IMG/VR virus record: IMGVR_UViG_3300033155_000947
Location: 1-60,041 of that record
Strand: one strand, 5' to 3'
Source: a virus
Taxonomy: Duplodnaviria > Caudoviricetes
Length of the DNA: 60,041 bases
In this document: one piece after another, positions 26,185 through 36,323 of the stretch
Position numbering within the stretch: the first letter of the stretch is position 1
Layout: each line of letters opens with the position of its first letter
Notes under the pieces: generated by a model
The model's input: the letters and a program-made list of their open reading frames with translations, nothing else
What the model was told of the DNA's origin: nothing
Database searches by the model: none
Made by a program: the position numbers and the translations under genes

Positions 26185-27093
26185 ATGCTCACCCCCGTAC
26201 GCACATCAGGCTGTTGGCGCATCAGCGTCGACCGCACACCCGCAGAATCCGTTCGCCAGCTTGACTACGTAACTGACGGACAGCCACACCATGTCGGCAC
26301 CGTACGTGACACCAACGAAGGGCGATCGGTTTCGATCAGCCGTAAGGGCACGGACGTTCGCGAGCTCCTGCCTGTAGGTTCACAGCGGTACACACCTCTG
26401 CAGTTGGCAAACCGCATGGCCGAGGCCTCAGGATACACCGACTTCCCCAACGACAGCACGCTATGGGATAAGGTGGGGCAGGATATGCTTATGACCGAAG
26501 CCGAAGACTGCAGGTACCTCAGCGAGGGCGAGGCCACCAGTGTGAGCAGAGCACCTACCCGTGTTCGCAAGGCCGATCGTGAGCTCCGTACAAAGCTCGG
26601 GAGCCTAGCGCGTAAGATGAAAGAAGTGCACGCGAATTACCACCGTGACACCGTTGTGGTGGATTATAGGCTGGACGCAGAGGACGCTGAAAAGGCTGTT
26701 CTGCGTACGGCACTACGTTTACCGGACGTCCGCACCGCCACATACAAAGACGGATTGCTTACGGTTACGTACAGCGCACCGCTCAACGAAGAGACGTACA
26801 AAGGTGAGCCCGCGCCTTCGTGCCCGTCACCTGATGTGGCCACCGCCTTGTCATTCCTCACACACAGGCGACCGTCCCTGCGGGTCAACCCTACGTCACA
26901 TACGGACGGTTCGCAGATATGGACGTTGGTTGACAGCGAGAACGGCAAACTCCGAGGCGATACGGTCGCGAGCTGGGTGTCCGGTTCGCTAATCCTCCAC
27001 CACGAAAGCGCACGCTCACACGCGGGGCGGAAACTGTTGCACCATGTACGGAATCTAGCGCGCTCCGAGGGTATCCCCGTTGAAGACGCGTAA
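26185..27093 (+). CDS. hypothetical protein at the start of the head-protein block
   Basis: 302-aa ORF with MTE/LSE/LNE sites. Confidence 0.7.
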   Translation: MLTPVRTSGCWRISVDRTPAESVRQLDYVTDGQPHHVGTVRDTNEGRSVSISRKGTDVRELLPVGSQRYTPLQLANRMAEASGYTDFPNDSTLWDKVGQDMLMTEAEDCRYLSEGEATSVSRAPTRVRKADRELRTKLGSLARKMKEVHANYHRDTVVVDYRLDAEDAEKAVLRTALRLPDVRTATYKDGLLTVTYSAPLNEETYKGEPAPSCPSPDVATALSFLTHRRPSLRVNPTSHTDGSQIWTLVDSENGKLRGDTVASWVSGSLILHHESARSHAGRKLLHHVRNLARSEGIPVEDA

Positions 27094-27191
27094 AATCACG
27101 CGCTAAACGGCTTGAACGGTTATCATAGTACTATACTACGGACAGCCCGCACTTGTTAGGCGGAGCACACCTACTATTACAGGATAAATTG

Positions 27192-30100
27192 ATGACCTTT
27201 ACCGACTTCCAAGCCGACTTCCGTGCCGATACCCTGCAAGTCGAGGTCGCAGAGGCCGATCGTGAGACGTTCTTGCAGTTGTTGGCTGAGTCTAAGCACC
27301 TCGAGCAACAGGGCGTCACTACAGGCAACACCGTACTCGAGGCGTCATACGCACGCCTAGCCACAGCCTCCGTCCACAAGGCGTTCGAGCTGGTTGAGGG
27401 TGCGGAGCTCGATAACACTGACACCGGCAATGACACCGATAACGACGACACCGTACCTGACAAGACGTACGAGGGCTTTAATGCCGAAGTGAGCAACCTG
27501 AACGAAGACATTTTATCCGTATTCAATGCGTCCCTGAAGTGGCAGGACGCCAAGGCTATTGCGCACGGACGCGCTTTTTCTATTAAACAAGTGAAAGAGT
27601 CTGAGCACTACACAGTAACCGTGGACGAACAAGAGACAGGTACACTTTTCCTGACAATCGCAGGCGCGAAAGCCGGATGTGGCCGGTACCTACAGTCGCT
27701 CGAAGAGGCTGGCACGTTAAAGCAAAGTTCGGGTGACAGTTTGTCACATGCTGGCGTACCCTACACCGAAGAGCAGTACCTCGAAGAGGCGAGCAAGCAC
27801 GACAAGCTGATCGACAAAGCGTTCAAAAAGCACGGATACGGACACACTATCAACATGCGCAACCTGAGCAAGGTCTTCCGTGAAGCCGGTGACGCGCTTA
27901 AGGCGGGCAAAGACCTAGACAAGGAAATGCCACAGATCGTCAAGAAATACACCGTAGGTGAGGGCGTCGACGAAGGCAAGACCCCACCGCCCCCTGCCGG
28001 TTACAAACTGTACACAGGCAAGCTCGAACGCAACCAGAAGTACTACATGCTCAACACCGAAGCCCCTGCGCCTAAGTGGCTCCCGATGAGCGCGGCGGGT
28101 AAGCAACGGATCAAGCCCAACACGCTGATCGCGATTGCCGAGACCGCAGACGACACCGACCTAGACGAAGGCGTTACACCTATTATCGGCAAAGGTGTTT
28201 CGAAGGATAAGCTCGCGAATGCTCCGAAGTGGTTACTGCGCGCGACTACGAGAGGCGAGAAGGTTGCGTGGGCTAAAGACGGCAAGACTCTGGTCTGGTT
28301 AAAAGGGTCGTGGCTGTGGGGTGACTGGAAAGACGGTATTTGGGAAGGCGGGCACTGGGGCGGGGGTACGTGGCATCACGGTATATGGAAGTCAGGTACG
28401 TGGCACGGAGGTGAGTGGAATGGGGGTACGTGGATAGGAGGAGTCTGGAAGTATGGAGTATGGGGCGGGGGTACGTGGCATCACGGTATATGGGAAAAGG
28501 GTACGTGGAAAGGCGGGGTATGGAAAGACGGGGTATGGAAAGACGGTACGCGGCCCACACCCTTACGCGAAGACACCGACCTAGACGAAGGTTTCACACC
28601 GCTCGACACCAAATCCTATCCTAAGGGTTCGGTCATCAAATGGACGTCACCTGACGGTACGAAGAGTAAAGGCAAAGCCACCAGCGGTAAACTAATCAAC
28701 GGGACGGTGCTTGTCACCCCCGACGGCAAGCGCGCAAGTGATGCAGTAATCGTCAAGGTCTCGACAATACGCGAAGACACCGACCTAGACAACGACCTAG
28801 ACAGTACGCTGGAGCTATCAGAAGCCTCTGAAGTGTCCGTCCGTAACCTGCCTAAGCCCATGGTGTCAGCCGTCAACAAGATCGGCAAGATCACTACAGC
28901 GTGGTCAGGCATTCACGGCATCATCCTGTCTGTCGCGCTCAAGAGCGAGCGAGTCGATATGAAGGATCTTAAAACGCTCGACCCGCGCTGGGTAGAGTTC
29001 AAAGGCAAAAAAGCGCTGTTCGGCCTAGCCGGTCACGTTGACGAAGGCGTTGACGAAGGCAAGCGCGCTCCCTTTAAGTACCGCACCGACGATGGTAAAG
29101 AGCACGTGGGACGCGCGTACGCAGGCAGACTCCCTAAGAAGGCGATGATTTACGTGGATAGCGAGGGGCTAAAATCAGCACTGTCGCTACCGGACTTCAA
29201 GGCGTATGACGGCAGTTTTGACAAAAGCAAATACCGATCCGCCACCCTCGTAGAAGACACCGACCTAGACCTCGAGGAAGCCTCGTATAAAGTAGGCACG
29301 GAGCTACCTTATACTGCGAAGGCGCTTCGCAAAATATACGCAGACGGCTATGGTGCCTCGGTGATAGGATCAGGGGGAGGCGCGTCGGACACGTTAGAGT
29401 ACGGTCGCGACATGGCGGACGCTACGTTCGTGCGTAAAATACTAGACAGGGACAAGCTGGACACTGTGTTGAAACAATCCGCTTCAGTACTAAAGCACGC
29501 TAATACTGATAAGAAACTCAAAGGGCGTAAGCTCTTGATCGTGATTAAAGCAGTACCTGTCAGCCTCAAAGAGACCGCAGACTATGGCGACACCGACCTA
29601 GACCTCGACGAAGCGGCGCCAAAGCTCACTACGTTATCATTCGGTGACGAAGTGGAGATCAATACGCAGTACAAGCGCGCAGGTAAAAAGCCGGTTATGA
29701 ACGGAGCTCTGTACGACTGGATCGCTAAGAAGTTCGGTAAAGGTAACGGTCTGACGATTACAAACAAAGCCTCCGCACTAAAAAAAGGTAAGGTCGAGAT
29801 CCACAAGAGCGTGGGCGCGTCCTCCACAGTGAAAACGATTACGCTGTACCCGTACGGTAAGTTCCTGTCGTATTACGACAACCAAGGTGGCGGTATGATG
29901 AACAACGGGATTAAGAAGTGGTACGCCCTCCCCGCCAACATGATTGCCGAGAGCGTGGACAGCACGGATCTTGCCAGCATCGAAGAGGCTACTGCGCAAG
30001 CGCTGTCCATCATAGACGCGGACTATGACGCTCCGACCGAGTACATTGACCCCGACCTTGACGAAAAAACGAAAGACCGTTTCCGTATGGAGCGTCGCAC

Positions 30101-32372
30101 ACAAGCAACACTCGACAAACTCTCCCGCAAAATGGGCGGACAGTCTGGTGGCGAGGGTACTACTCCTCCGTACGCCAGCGGATTAGAAGGCAGGCGAAAA
30201 GGCTACGGCATGGTCGCCGCTTACGTGTTTGATGACGAAGACTCTGCGAATAAGTTCGCCAAGTCCGCCAAAGACAAGGTCAGCAAGACCGAGGTAGGCA
30301 AGCCACGCGCCTTTTCGAAAAAATGGTGGGTTGACGTATCTATGCCGTCACCACTCAAAGAGTCGGAGATCGAAGAGCTCGCAACCGAGTTCGACCTCGA
30401 CATTACTGATCTTGACGCAGTCGACCACGACACTACAACCGCGTGGGCGGACAGCGACCTTGATGAGGGTATGTCGAAGTCACAAGCTCAGCAGTTGCTC
30501 AAGGTCTACAGCAAGAACGAAGACCGTAATTACCACACCGAGAACATCGTGTTGCTCGCTAAGGCGTTCTACGGCACCAGCAGTCGCGAATACAAATACG
30601 CGAAGGCTATGCTTGACTATCGGGAAGACAACAAAGAAGGCGCGCAACCTGATAAGGCGATGGATCGTAAGATCAACATGTCGTACTACAAGCTGAAGAC
30701 ACTGGCCGAAGACGCACAGGCGGAGCTAGACGAAGCCTTAGAAACCGCGAACATTATACGCAAACAGCTAGGACAGAAGGCGTTGTTTATGATGGGCGCC
30801 AAGAACCTAGCAGGCGACAAACACTCGCTAAGTTTCCGTATCGGCAAGAACAGCAGTGGCGGTAACCATGTTAAAATCCACCACGGCTCCGACGACCTGT
30901 ACACGGTCACCGTCAGCGCCATCCGCGGAGGCAAGGTAAAGGTTAAGAAGGAGTTTAAGAGCGTATACGCTGATAAACTGCACAAGACCCTGCAAGACGC
31001 GACCGGTATGGCGCTCAGCCTAACCAAGCACTACGAGTCAGACAACAGCCTAGGGGAAGGCTTATCGACAGCCGACAAGCATCAGAAGAAAATCGCAATA
31101 GACACCGTCCGTAACCCTGCAAAAGCCTTGCTCGGCGGACCGTCCGCCAAGGAGGCGGAGACGGTACTACGTACCAAGTTCAAGTACTCCGACAAACAAA
31201 TTCAGAAAATTAAGGAACACACTATGCCCCTAGACACAGACAACCCACTCGACGAAGCCGGATACATGACCCCTGCGATTGATGCGATTTACAAGTCGGT
31301 CAAAGACCTAAAAGGTAAGCAGAAAAGCGACGCGCTTGCTGTTTTAGCCACGGCAGTGTTGGTAGACTATCTCAACAAAAAAGGCGACAAAGCACAAGCC
31401 GAACAAAGCAAGAAGGATTCGGTACGTGCGGTCGCTAAATACACACAGACCTACCTCAAAGAAGGTGCCACCGACAATACCGACACCGGCGCGGATACCA
31501 CCGACACCGACAACACTGACGTCGATGAGGTGAACCCAGCCAAAGGCGGACAGCTGGCGGTTGAAGCGCTTGCGCGCATTGACGACTACGCACGTATCGG
31601 AGACGATCAACACTTCGAAGACGCGCAGACCGCCATCACCCGTTTAGCGCGCATTGGCGAACACGCCACGGGCGTACCACAAGAGCTGTGCAACACTGAA
31701 GAAGGTGTTCCGGTTCACACCGCCAAGGTGATTGACGCCCTGCGCACCCGTCTACAAGGAGTCGGAGAAGAGGTTACCGTCCGTCAGATCCGCGCGCTCC
31801 TATCAGAGCAGTTGGATATGTCCAAGGTACCGCTGGAGCTACTACGCGAAGTCGACAGCGCCTTAGAGTCAGGGTCGTCACTCGAGTTCGAGGCCGCTCT
31901 TGACGCATTGGCAGACCATGAAGGCGTGGCACCAGACGTTATCGAAGGCGTGCGCCGTATGTCCCGTTCTACTGTTATGCAACGTAAGCGCTCCGCACGG
32001 TTGAACGCTAATAACCCCGAGGTTAAGGCGAAAAACCGTGCCCGCCGTAAAGAGCGTAAACGCAACACAGGAATGCGTCAGGCCGAGAAGCGGTACAAGA
32101 AGAAGTACCGCCCACGCCATGAAGCTATTCGCGATGACACGGACTTCGACTTCGAAAGCTGTGTCAGTTTCCTCACCACACCCGAGGACGCGGACTATGT
32201 TGCCGAAATGGCCGACGCCCTTGGACTGGTCGAAACCTACACCATCACCGAGAACGGAATCCACGTTCAGGTCGAGATCTTAGAGGATACATTACGCGTT
32301 ATTGACGCCTATATGGACGCCCCTACGGACGAAGAGGCGGAAAGTATCGTCGCCACCGTGCTAAACGCTTAA
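27192..32372 (+). CDS. modular polyprotein-like internal head protein
   Basis: AGGA RBS; Lys-rich modules separated by EDTDLDE/VDE/LEE linkers; W-x-x-G-x pentapeptide module at about 28300-28550. Confidence 0.8.
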   Translation: MTFTDFQADFRADTLQVEVAEADRETFLQLLAESKHLEQQGVTTGNTVLEASYARLATASVHKAFELVEGAELDNTDTGNDTDNDDTVPDKTYEGFNAEVSNLNEDILSVFNASLKWQDAKAIAHGRAFSIKQVKESEHYTVTVDEQETGTLFLTIAGAKAGCGRYLQSLEEAGTLKQSSGDSLSHAGVPYTEEQYLEEASKHDKLIDKAFKKHGYGHTINMRNLSKVFREAGDALKAGKDLDKEMPQIVKKYTVGEGVDEGKTPPPPAGYKLYTGKLERNQKYYMLNTEAPAPKWLPMSAAGKQRIKPNTLIAIAETADDTDLDEGVTPIIGKGVSKDKLANAPKWLLRATTRGEKVAWAKDGKTLVWLKGSWLWGDWKDGIWEGGHWGGGTWHHGIWKSGTWHGGEWNGGTWIGGVWKYGVWGGGTWHHGIWEKGTWKGGVWKDGVWKDGTRPTPLREDTDLDEGFTPLDTKSYPKGSVIKWTSPDGTKSKGKATSGKLINGTVLVTPDGKRASDAVIVKVSTIREDTDLDNDLDSTLELSEASEVSVRNLPKPMVSAVNKIGKITTAWSGIHGIILSVALKSERVDMKDLKTLDPRWVEFKGKKALFGLAGHVDEGVDEGKRAPFKYRTDDGKEHVGRAYAGRLPKKAMIYVDSEGLKSALSLPDFKAYDGSFDKSKYRSATLVEDTDLDLEEASYKVGTELPYTAKALRKIYADGYGASVIGSGGGASDTLEYGRDMADATFVRKILDRDKLDTVLKQSASVLKHANTDKKLKGRKLLIVIKAVPVSLKETADYGDTDLDLDEAAPKLTTLSFGDEVEINTQYKRAGKKPVMNGALYDWIAKKFGKGNGLTITNKASALKKGKVEIHKSVGASSTVKTITLYPYGKFLSYYDNQGGGMMNNGIKKWYALPANMIAESVDSTDLASIEEATAQALSIIDADYDAPTEYIDPDLDEKTKDRFRMERRTQATLDKLSRKMGGQSGGEGTTPPYASGLEGRRKGYGMVAAYVFDDEDSANKFAKSAKDKVSKTEVGKPRAFSKKWWVDVSMPSPLKESEIEELATEFDLDITDLDAVDHDTTTAWADSDLDEGMSKSQAQQLLKVYSKNEDRNYHTENIVLLAKAFYGTSSREYKYAKAMLDYREDNKEGAQPDKAMDRKINMSYYKLKTLAEDAQAELDEALETANIIRKQLGQKALFMMGAKNLAGDKHSLSFRIGKNSSGGNHVKIHHGSDDLYTVTVSAIRGGKVKVKKEFKSVYADKLHKTLQDATGMALSLTKHYESDNSLGEGLSTADKHQKKIAIDTVRNPAKALLGGPSAKEAETVLRTKFKYSDKQIQKIKEHTMPLDTDNPLDEAGYMTPAIDAIYKSVKDLKGKQKSDALAVLATAVLVDYLNKKGDKAQAEQSKKDSVRAVAKYTQTYLKEGATDNTDTGADTTDTDNTDVDEVNPAKGGQLAVEALARIDDYARIGDDQHFEDAQTAITRLARIGEHATGVPQELCNTEEGVPVHTAKVIDALRTRLQGVGEEVTVRQIRALLSEQLDMSKVPLELLREVDSALESGSSLEFEAALDALADHEGVAPDVIEGVRRMSRSTVMQRKRSARLNANNPEVKAKNRARRKERKRNTGMRQAEKRYKKKYRPRHEAIRDDTDFDFESCVSFLTTPEDADYVAEMADALGLVETYTITENGIHVQVEILEDTLRVIDAYMDAPTDEEAESIVATVLNA
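27724..27749 (-). repeat. intragenic inverted copy of the GTGACA-N3-TGTCAC-CCGAAC element
   Basis: Minus strand reads ATGTGACAAACTGTCACCCGAACTTT. Confidence 0.9.
28152..29603 (+). repeat. dispersed 15-bp linker repeat GACACCGACCTAGAC (DTDLD) x5
   Basis: Exact copies at 28152, 28572, 28776, 29256, 29589. Confidence 0.9.
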
Positions 32373-32446
32373 CAAACACCCTCGAATACGTTACACTACA
32401 TAGTACCTAAGTTACAATCTAAAACCCCCCTTTGCTGGAGCTACCC

Positions 32447-33808
32447 ATGCCTATCTTCTTTGAAAACGACGAGCCCGTCGACTTAACCACCGCCACTGAC
32501 CTGTCAGACACCCTAGTCGACGAAGAAGGCAACGCCACTATCGACACCGAAGTGATGTCTGCATTCATCAACACCGTGGACTTCAACCCCGTGTTCGAAG
32601 ACGAAGACGTGCAGGACTACGTACAGACAGAGCTGTCGTACCTCGTGCCTATGTCGGAAGCTGAAGACGCTCCGTACCTGATCCTCAGCGAAGATGAGCT
32701 CGAAGAAATGTGCAAAGACGGCTCCGGCCACCTAGCAGGTAAACAACTGGGCGCGAAGAACGGTAAAAAGTACCGCAAAGCCGAGTATATGGGTATGAAG
32801 GAAAGCATTGACGAAGAGACAGGCGAGGCCGTCTACGCTGAAGATGACTGCGACCAAGACGAAATCAACTTAGACGATTGGATGTTCGAAGACGAAGCCG
32901 GTACGGATTATGACGACTCTGACCGTATCTATATCATCGAAACCGACGCCATCGCAGGTGACCTTGTCGACGCAGTAATCGACATGGACGACATCACTGA
33001 AATGTTTGCCTACTATTGCGCAACCGAGTTGCCTGCCACTACGTTAGAGGAGCGCGCAGTCTTCGCACAGTTCGCTGATCTTTACGAAGTAGAAGACATC
33101 ACCGAAGACGACCAGCTTGACGAAAAATCACCGTTCAAAAGAGGCGACTTCCGTAAAGGCGCGTTCAAAAACGCCAAGCAAGGTACCAAACTATTCAACG
33201 TACGTGCCCGCATGTTCTCTGCTATGCTGAAAAAAGGGGTGCTCAGGCGCGTGAAGTCCGGCAAAGGCTACAAGGGTGGTACCTACAAGTACAAGGGCGA
33301 CAAAACAGGTACGGCACAAGGTAAAAGCCGTTATGCCCGTATCCGTAAGCGTAACTACCGTCGTGCCTCCGACATCAAGAAAATGGTCGGCTCTGCCCGT
33401 GCCAAGGTTGTGAAAATGATCTACCGTAACCTCGGCAAGAAAATGCCAAAACCATACTCACCGCCAGAATCCCGCCTGAAACGCAAGCGCAAGTCGGCGT
33501 CGAAAGCACTGAAGGGTGGCGACGTAAGCAAGGCATCCGTTAAGAGCATCAAGAAAAACGTGTCTACGGGATCCACCGAGAAGAATGCTGTCAGCAAGAC
33601 GCTCGCCAAGTCTAAGAAGCACGCCGCAGGCGCCAAAGCCAAAGTACGGCTCAAAGCCAAGGACGTGAAGAAGAAGGCGCTCGCAAAGGCCGCTTCTAAG
33701 TCCAAAGCTAAGAAAAAGAAAAAGGTATTACCTGAGTCGCAGTACGAAACCAAAGGCATCGGCATCAACGAAGCCGTGATCTGCGCAGGCGCCATCGCTA
33801 AAATGTAA
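32447..33808 (+). CDS. bipartite acidic / Lys-Arg-rich protein; probable prohead core or DNA-binding internal protein
   Basis: Asp/Glu-rich N-half ends at QLDE; histone-H1-like basic C-half. Confidence 0.8.
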   Translation: MPIFFENDEPVDLTTATDLSDTLVDEEGNATIDTEVMSAFINTVDFNPVFEDEDVQDYVQTELSYLVPMSEAEDAPYLILSEDELEEMCKDGSGHLAGKQLGAKNGKKYRKAEYMGMKESIDEETGEAVYAEDDCDQDEINLDDWMFEDEAGTDYDDSDRIYIIETDAIAGDLVDAVIDMDDITEMFAYYCATELPATTLEERAVFAQFADLYEVEDITEDDQLDEKSPFKRGDFRKGAFKNAKQGTKLFNVRARMFSAMLKKGVLRRVKSGKGYKGGTYKYKGDKTGTAQGKSRYARIRKRNYRRASDIKKMVGSARAKVVKMIYRNLGKKMPKPYSPPESRLKRKRKSASKALKGGDVSKASVKSIKKNVSTGSTEKNAVSKTLAKSKKHAAGAKAKVRLKAKDVKKKALAKAASKSKAKKKKKVLPESQYETKGIGINEAVICAGAIAKM

Positions 33809-33836
33809 CGACGTGTGTGGCATAATACGTTAGAAT

Positions 33837-33860
33837 AAGGGTGCGACTACGCACCCTTTT
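33837..33860 (+). terminator. putative intrinsic terminator
   Basis: AAGGGTGCG-acta-CGCACCCTT-TT. Confidence 0.65.
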
Positions 33861-33875
33861 CTAATGGAGCCTGTG

Positions 33876-34190
33876 ATGAGTAACCCGTTCGCCGCGCTTG
33901 CCCGTGTTGGTACCGCCCACCTTAAGAATGACTTGGCGTCTTTAACGCCTGCCGACGCCCCCAAACGCGTGCGTAAGGTCTCCGAGAATTCGGCTACTGT
34001 GTCGGCTATCGCGAACCTCTCAGAGCGTATACAAGGCAGAGAACCGGCTAGCACACAGGCACCCGCACAGTCCGAAGAGGCCGACACCGAACAAGAGACA
34101 GAACCTACAGGCCGTCGGCACACCTTCCCCAAGGTGCGTGAGTCGGTAGGTCCGTCCGCTTCCTTAATATCCGCCCTACGAAAGCTCTAA
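33876..34190 (+). CDS. hypothetical head-region protein
   Basis: GGAG RBS; VSE/LSE/VRE sites. Confidence 0.65.
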   Translation: MSNPFAALARVGTAHLKNDLASLTPADAPKRVRKVSENSATVSAIANLSERIQGREPASTQAPAQSEEADTEQETEPTGRRHTFPKVRESVGPSASLISALRKL

Positions 34191-34191
34191 A

Positions 34192-36294
34192 ATGCTTGTC
34201 TACGATTACGGCACCTACACGCGCAAGGATCTCGCACACATGCTCGTTGTGCCCGACCCGCGCAACATGCACACCCTGCTCGCCCGATCAGTAGGCACTA
34301 CGCAGTGGAATGAGGTTAACCGGATGACCGGCGAAAGCCGTCCTATACAGGCAGACGATGTCCGCCTGCAGAACCTCGACGATGTGGTACAGCGCGCCAC
34401 CGTGGAGCTCAACAAGTCCAGCACAGGCGTCATCAGCTTCGACCAGCTGGAGAATGTCTCAGAGGACGCCCTGACGCTCGCGTACGCTCACGACATTGAC
34501 CTAGACCCTACAGACACCCGCGCCTTCGAGACACAGCTCATGGAGCTCCTAGGGCAGGCACAGATAGCCGAAGACGATAGGCGCATAGATGAGAGCCCAC
34601 ACGACCCTGCGGCGCTCCGTGCGGTCTTCATAGCCGGAAGTGGTGCCTCGGGTAAAGGCTTCGTAGGTCGACAAATATTCACAGCGCGTGACGGGTTCCA
34701 TACCGTGAACGCGGACACCCACCTTGAACGCCTGCTCAAGAAGAAGGGCATAGCTCCCAAAGATGTAGGCAAGCACTACGGACTGTTCACCAAAGCACGT
34801 GACCTGCGACATGCCGAGCTCGGAGTACGCGCATCCGTCCGTCAGGGCATGGTTATCGACAGCACCGGATGGGATTACCCGCGTATAGCCAACCCTAAGA
34901 AGGCGCTCGAGAACCTAGGGTACGATACGTACATGGTGGTGATTATGACCACGCTCGAAACCGCGCGCAAGCGCAACAAAGACCGTGGAGCGTCCGGAGG
35001 GCGAGAAGTACCCCAATCGTACATCGACGATGCGCACCGAGGGCTCATGGATAACCTAGGGCGGTACATGCGGTTGTTCGGAGCTGGGCGCATATTCATA
35101 ATCGACAACGACGATGATCTCACACCCCGCCAGTTTCAGCAGATCGTAGGAGCGAAGCTCAAACAGATCCGCAAAAAGATTATGAACAAGCCGATCAAGA
35201 ACCCGCTGGGCGTGAAGTGGCTTAAAAACGCGTACGCACAGTCCGCGGACAAGGTCAAGAAGCAACAACGGTACGTTACCCGCTCTGCCGGAGACCAACA
35301 AGACCATACACGCGCCAAGCCTGTGTCGCTGTCGCACTACGTACCGAAGCCCAAGGCCTTCGGAGCATCCCTGTCACAGGCACAGACATCGTACAGCGCC
35401 TCGGCCAATGCGTTCGCAGGCGTGAAGGCGCGTAAACGGGCTAAAGTCTTGCCGGAATCGCAGATAACCGAGGACGATTACCCGAAGGTTACAAAAGACG
35501 ATAAGCGCCACATAGCAGACATGCAGAAGAATCGTCGTATCCCTTCCGTGGCGGACAAGGGTATGGCGATAATCGTACGCTGGGCGGACGGTCGAGGGCT
35601 CTTTGCCGTGCGAAGTAAGAAGGCGGTCGCTGATTGGTATGCGAGCAGTAAGTCGGGCGAGCACCCTGAGATCGTATCCATCAAGTACGGGAAGGCGGAG
35701 CACAAGGGCAAGCCACTACGTGTGAGCGAGTCCGCTAGCCACCTCACAGTCTCGCTGATCAACGGCCTCACCCACACCAGCTACTGCCCTAAGTGCGAAT
35801 CCACAAAGGTAACACACCGTGAACGGCACGCGGACACCTCTATCAGTTACTGGGAGAACCGATGCAACGCCTGTAACCACGCAGGCGAGAGCGCAACATT
35901 CACCAGCGATGCGGTTATGTACGCAGAACCCACCCCCGCAGAGGCGAAGGCTATAGCGCTAGAACAGGCACAGGCAGACGGAGACACCTGCGCACAGATG
36001 GCGTTGGTACTCGGGCTGGATGTCGACGACCTGCGCGTCAAGTGGGACAAGATAACACAGGATTCAGAGCTGTCCGAGAGCGTGACAAACTGTCACCCGA
36101 ACCATAACCATACAAAAGCGTACGAACAAGCGGTGGCACAGGCGGAGCGTTACCGAGCATCACCTCCGTCCTATGGGGAGGTCGCGCAACGGATAAAAGA
36201 CGTACGCGAAGTCAGCAACGAACAAGCGTACGCCTTATCATGGTATTTACACGGACAACAGCTCAGCGCTTCAGACGCGCTCGCCACTCTATAA
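34192..36294 (+). CDS. multidomain protein with Zeta-toxin/AAA_33-like P-loop kinase and Zn ribbon
   Basis: VFIAGSGASGKG, VNAD, MVIDSTG, LGYDTYMV, LETARKRNKDR...REVP; CPKC...CNAC. Confidence 0.8.
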   Translation: MLVYDYGTYTRKDLAHMLVVPDPRNMHTLLARSVGTTQWNEVNRMTGESRPIQADDVRLQNLDDVVQRATVELNKSSTGVISFDQLENVSEDALTLAYAHDIDLDPTDTRAFETQLMELLGQAQIAEDDRRIDESPHDPAALRAVFIAGSGASGKGFVGRQIFTARDGFHTVNADTHLERLLKKKGIAPKDVGKHYGLFTKARDLRHAELGVRASVRQGMVIDSTGWDYPRIANPKKALENLGYDTYMVVIMTTLETARKRNKDRGASGGREVPQSYIDDAHRGLMDNLGRYMRLFGAGRIFIIDNDDDLTPRQFQQIVGAKLKQIRKKIMNKPIKNPLGVKWLKNAYAQSADKVKKQQRYVTRSAGDQQDHTRAKPVSLSHYVPKPKAFGASLSQAQTSYSASANAFAGVKARKRAKVLPESQITEDDYPKVTKDDKRHIADMQKNRRIPSVADKGMAIIVRWADGRGLFAVRSKKAVADWYASSKSGEHPEIVSIKYGKAEHKGKPLRVSESASHLTVSLINGLTHTSYCPKCESTKVTHRERHADTSISYWENRCNACNHAGESATFTSDAVMYAEPTPAEAKAIALEQAQADGDTCAQMALVLGLDVDDLRVKWDKITQDSELSESVTNCHPNHNHTKAYEQAVAQAERYRASPPSYGEVAQRIKDVREVSNEQAYALSWYLHGQQLSASDALATL
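36082..36114 (+). repeat. intragenic copy of the palindromic element
   Basis: GTGACAAACTGTCACCCGAACCATAACCATACA, near-identical to 7095-7127, read in frame as VTNCHPNHNHT. Confidence 0.9.
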
Positions 36295-36323
36295 CCACTA
36301 CGTAAATCTACGTCAGGATCGAC

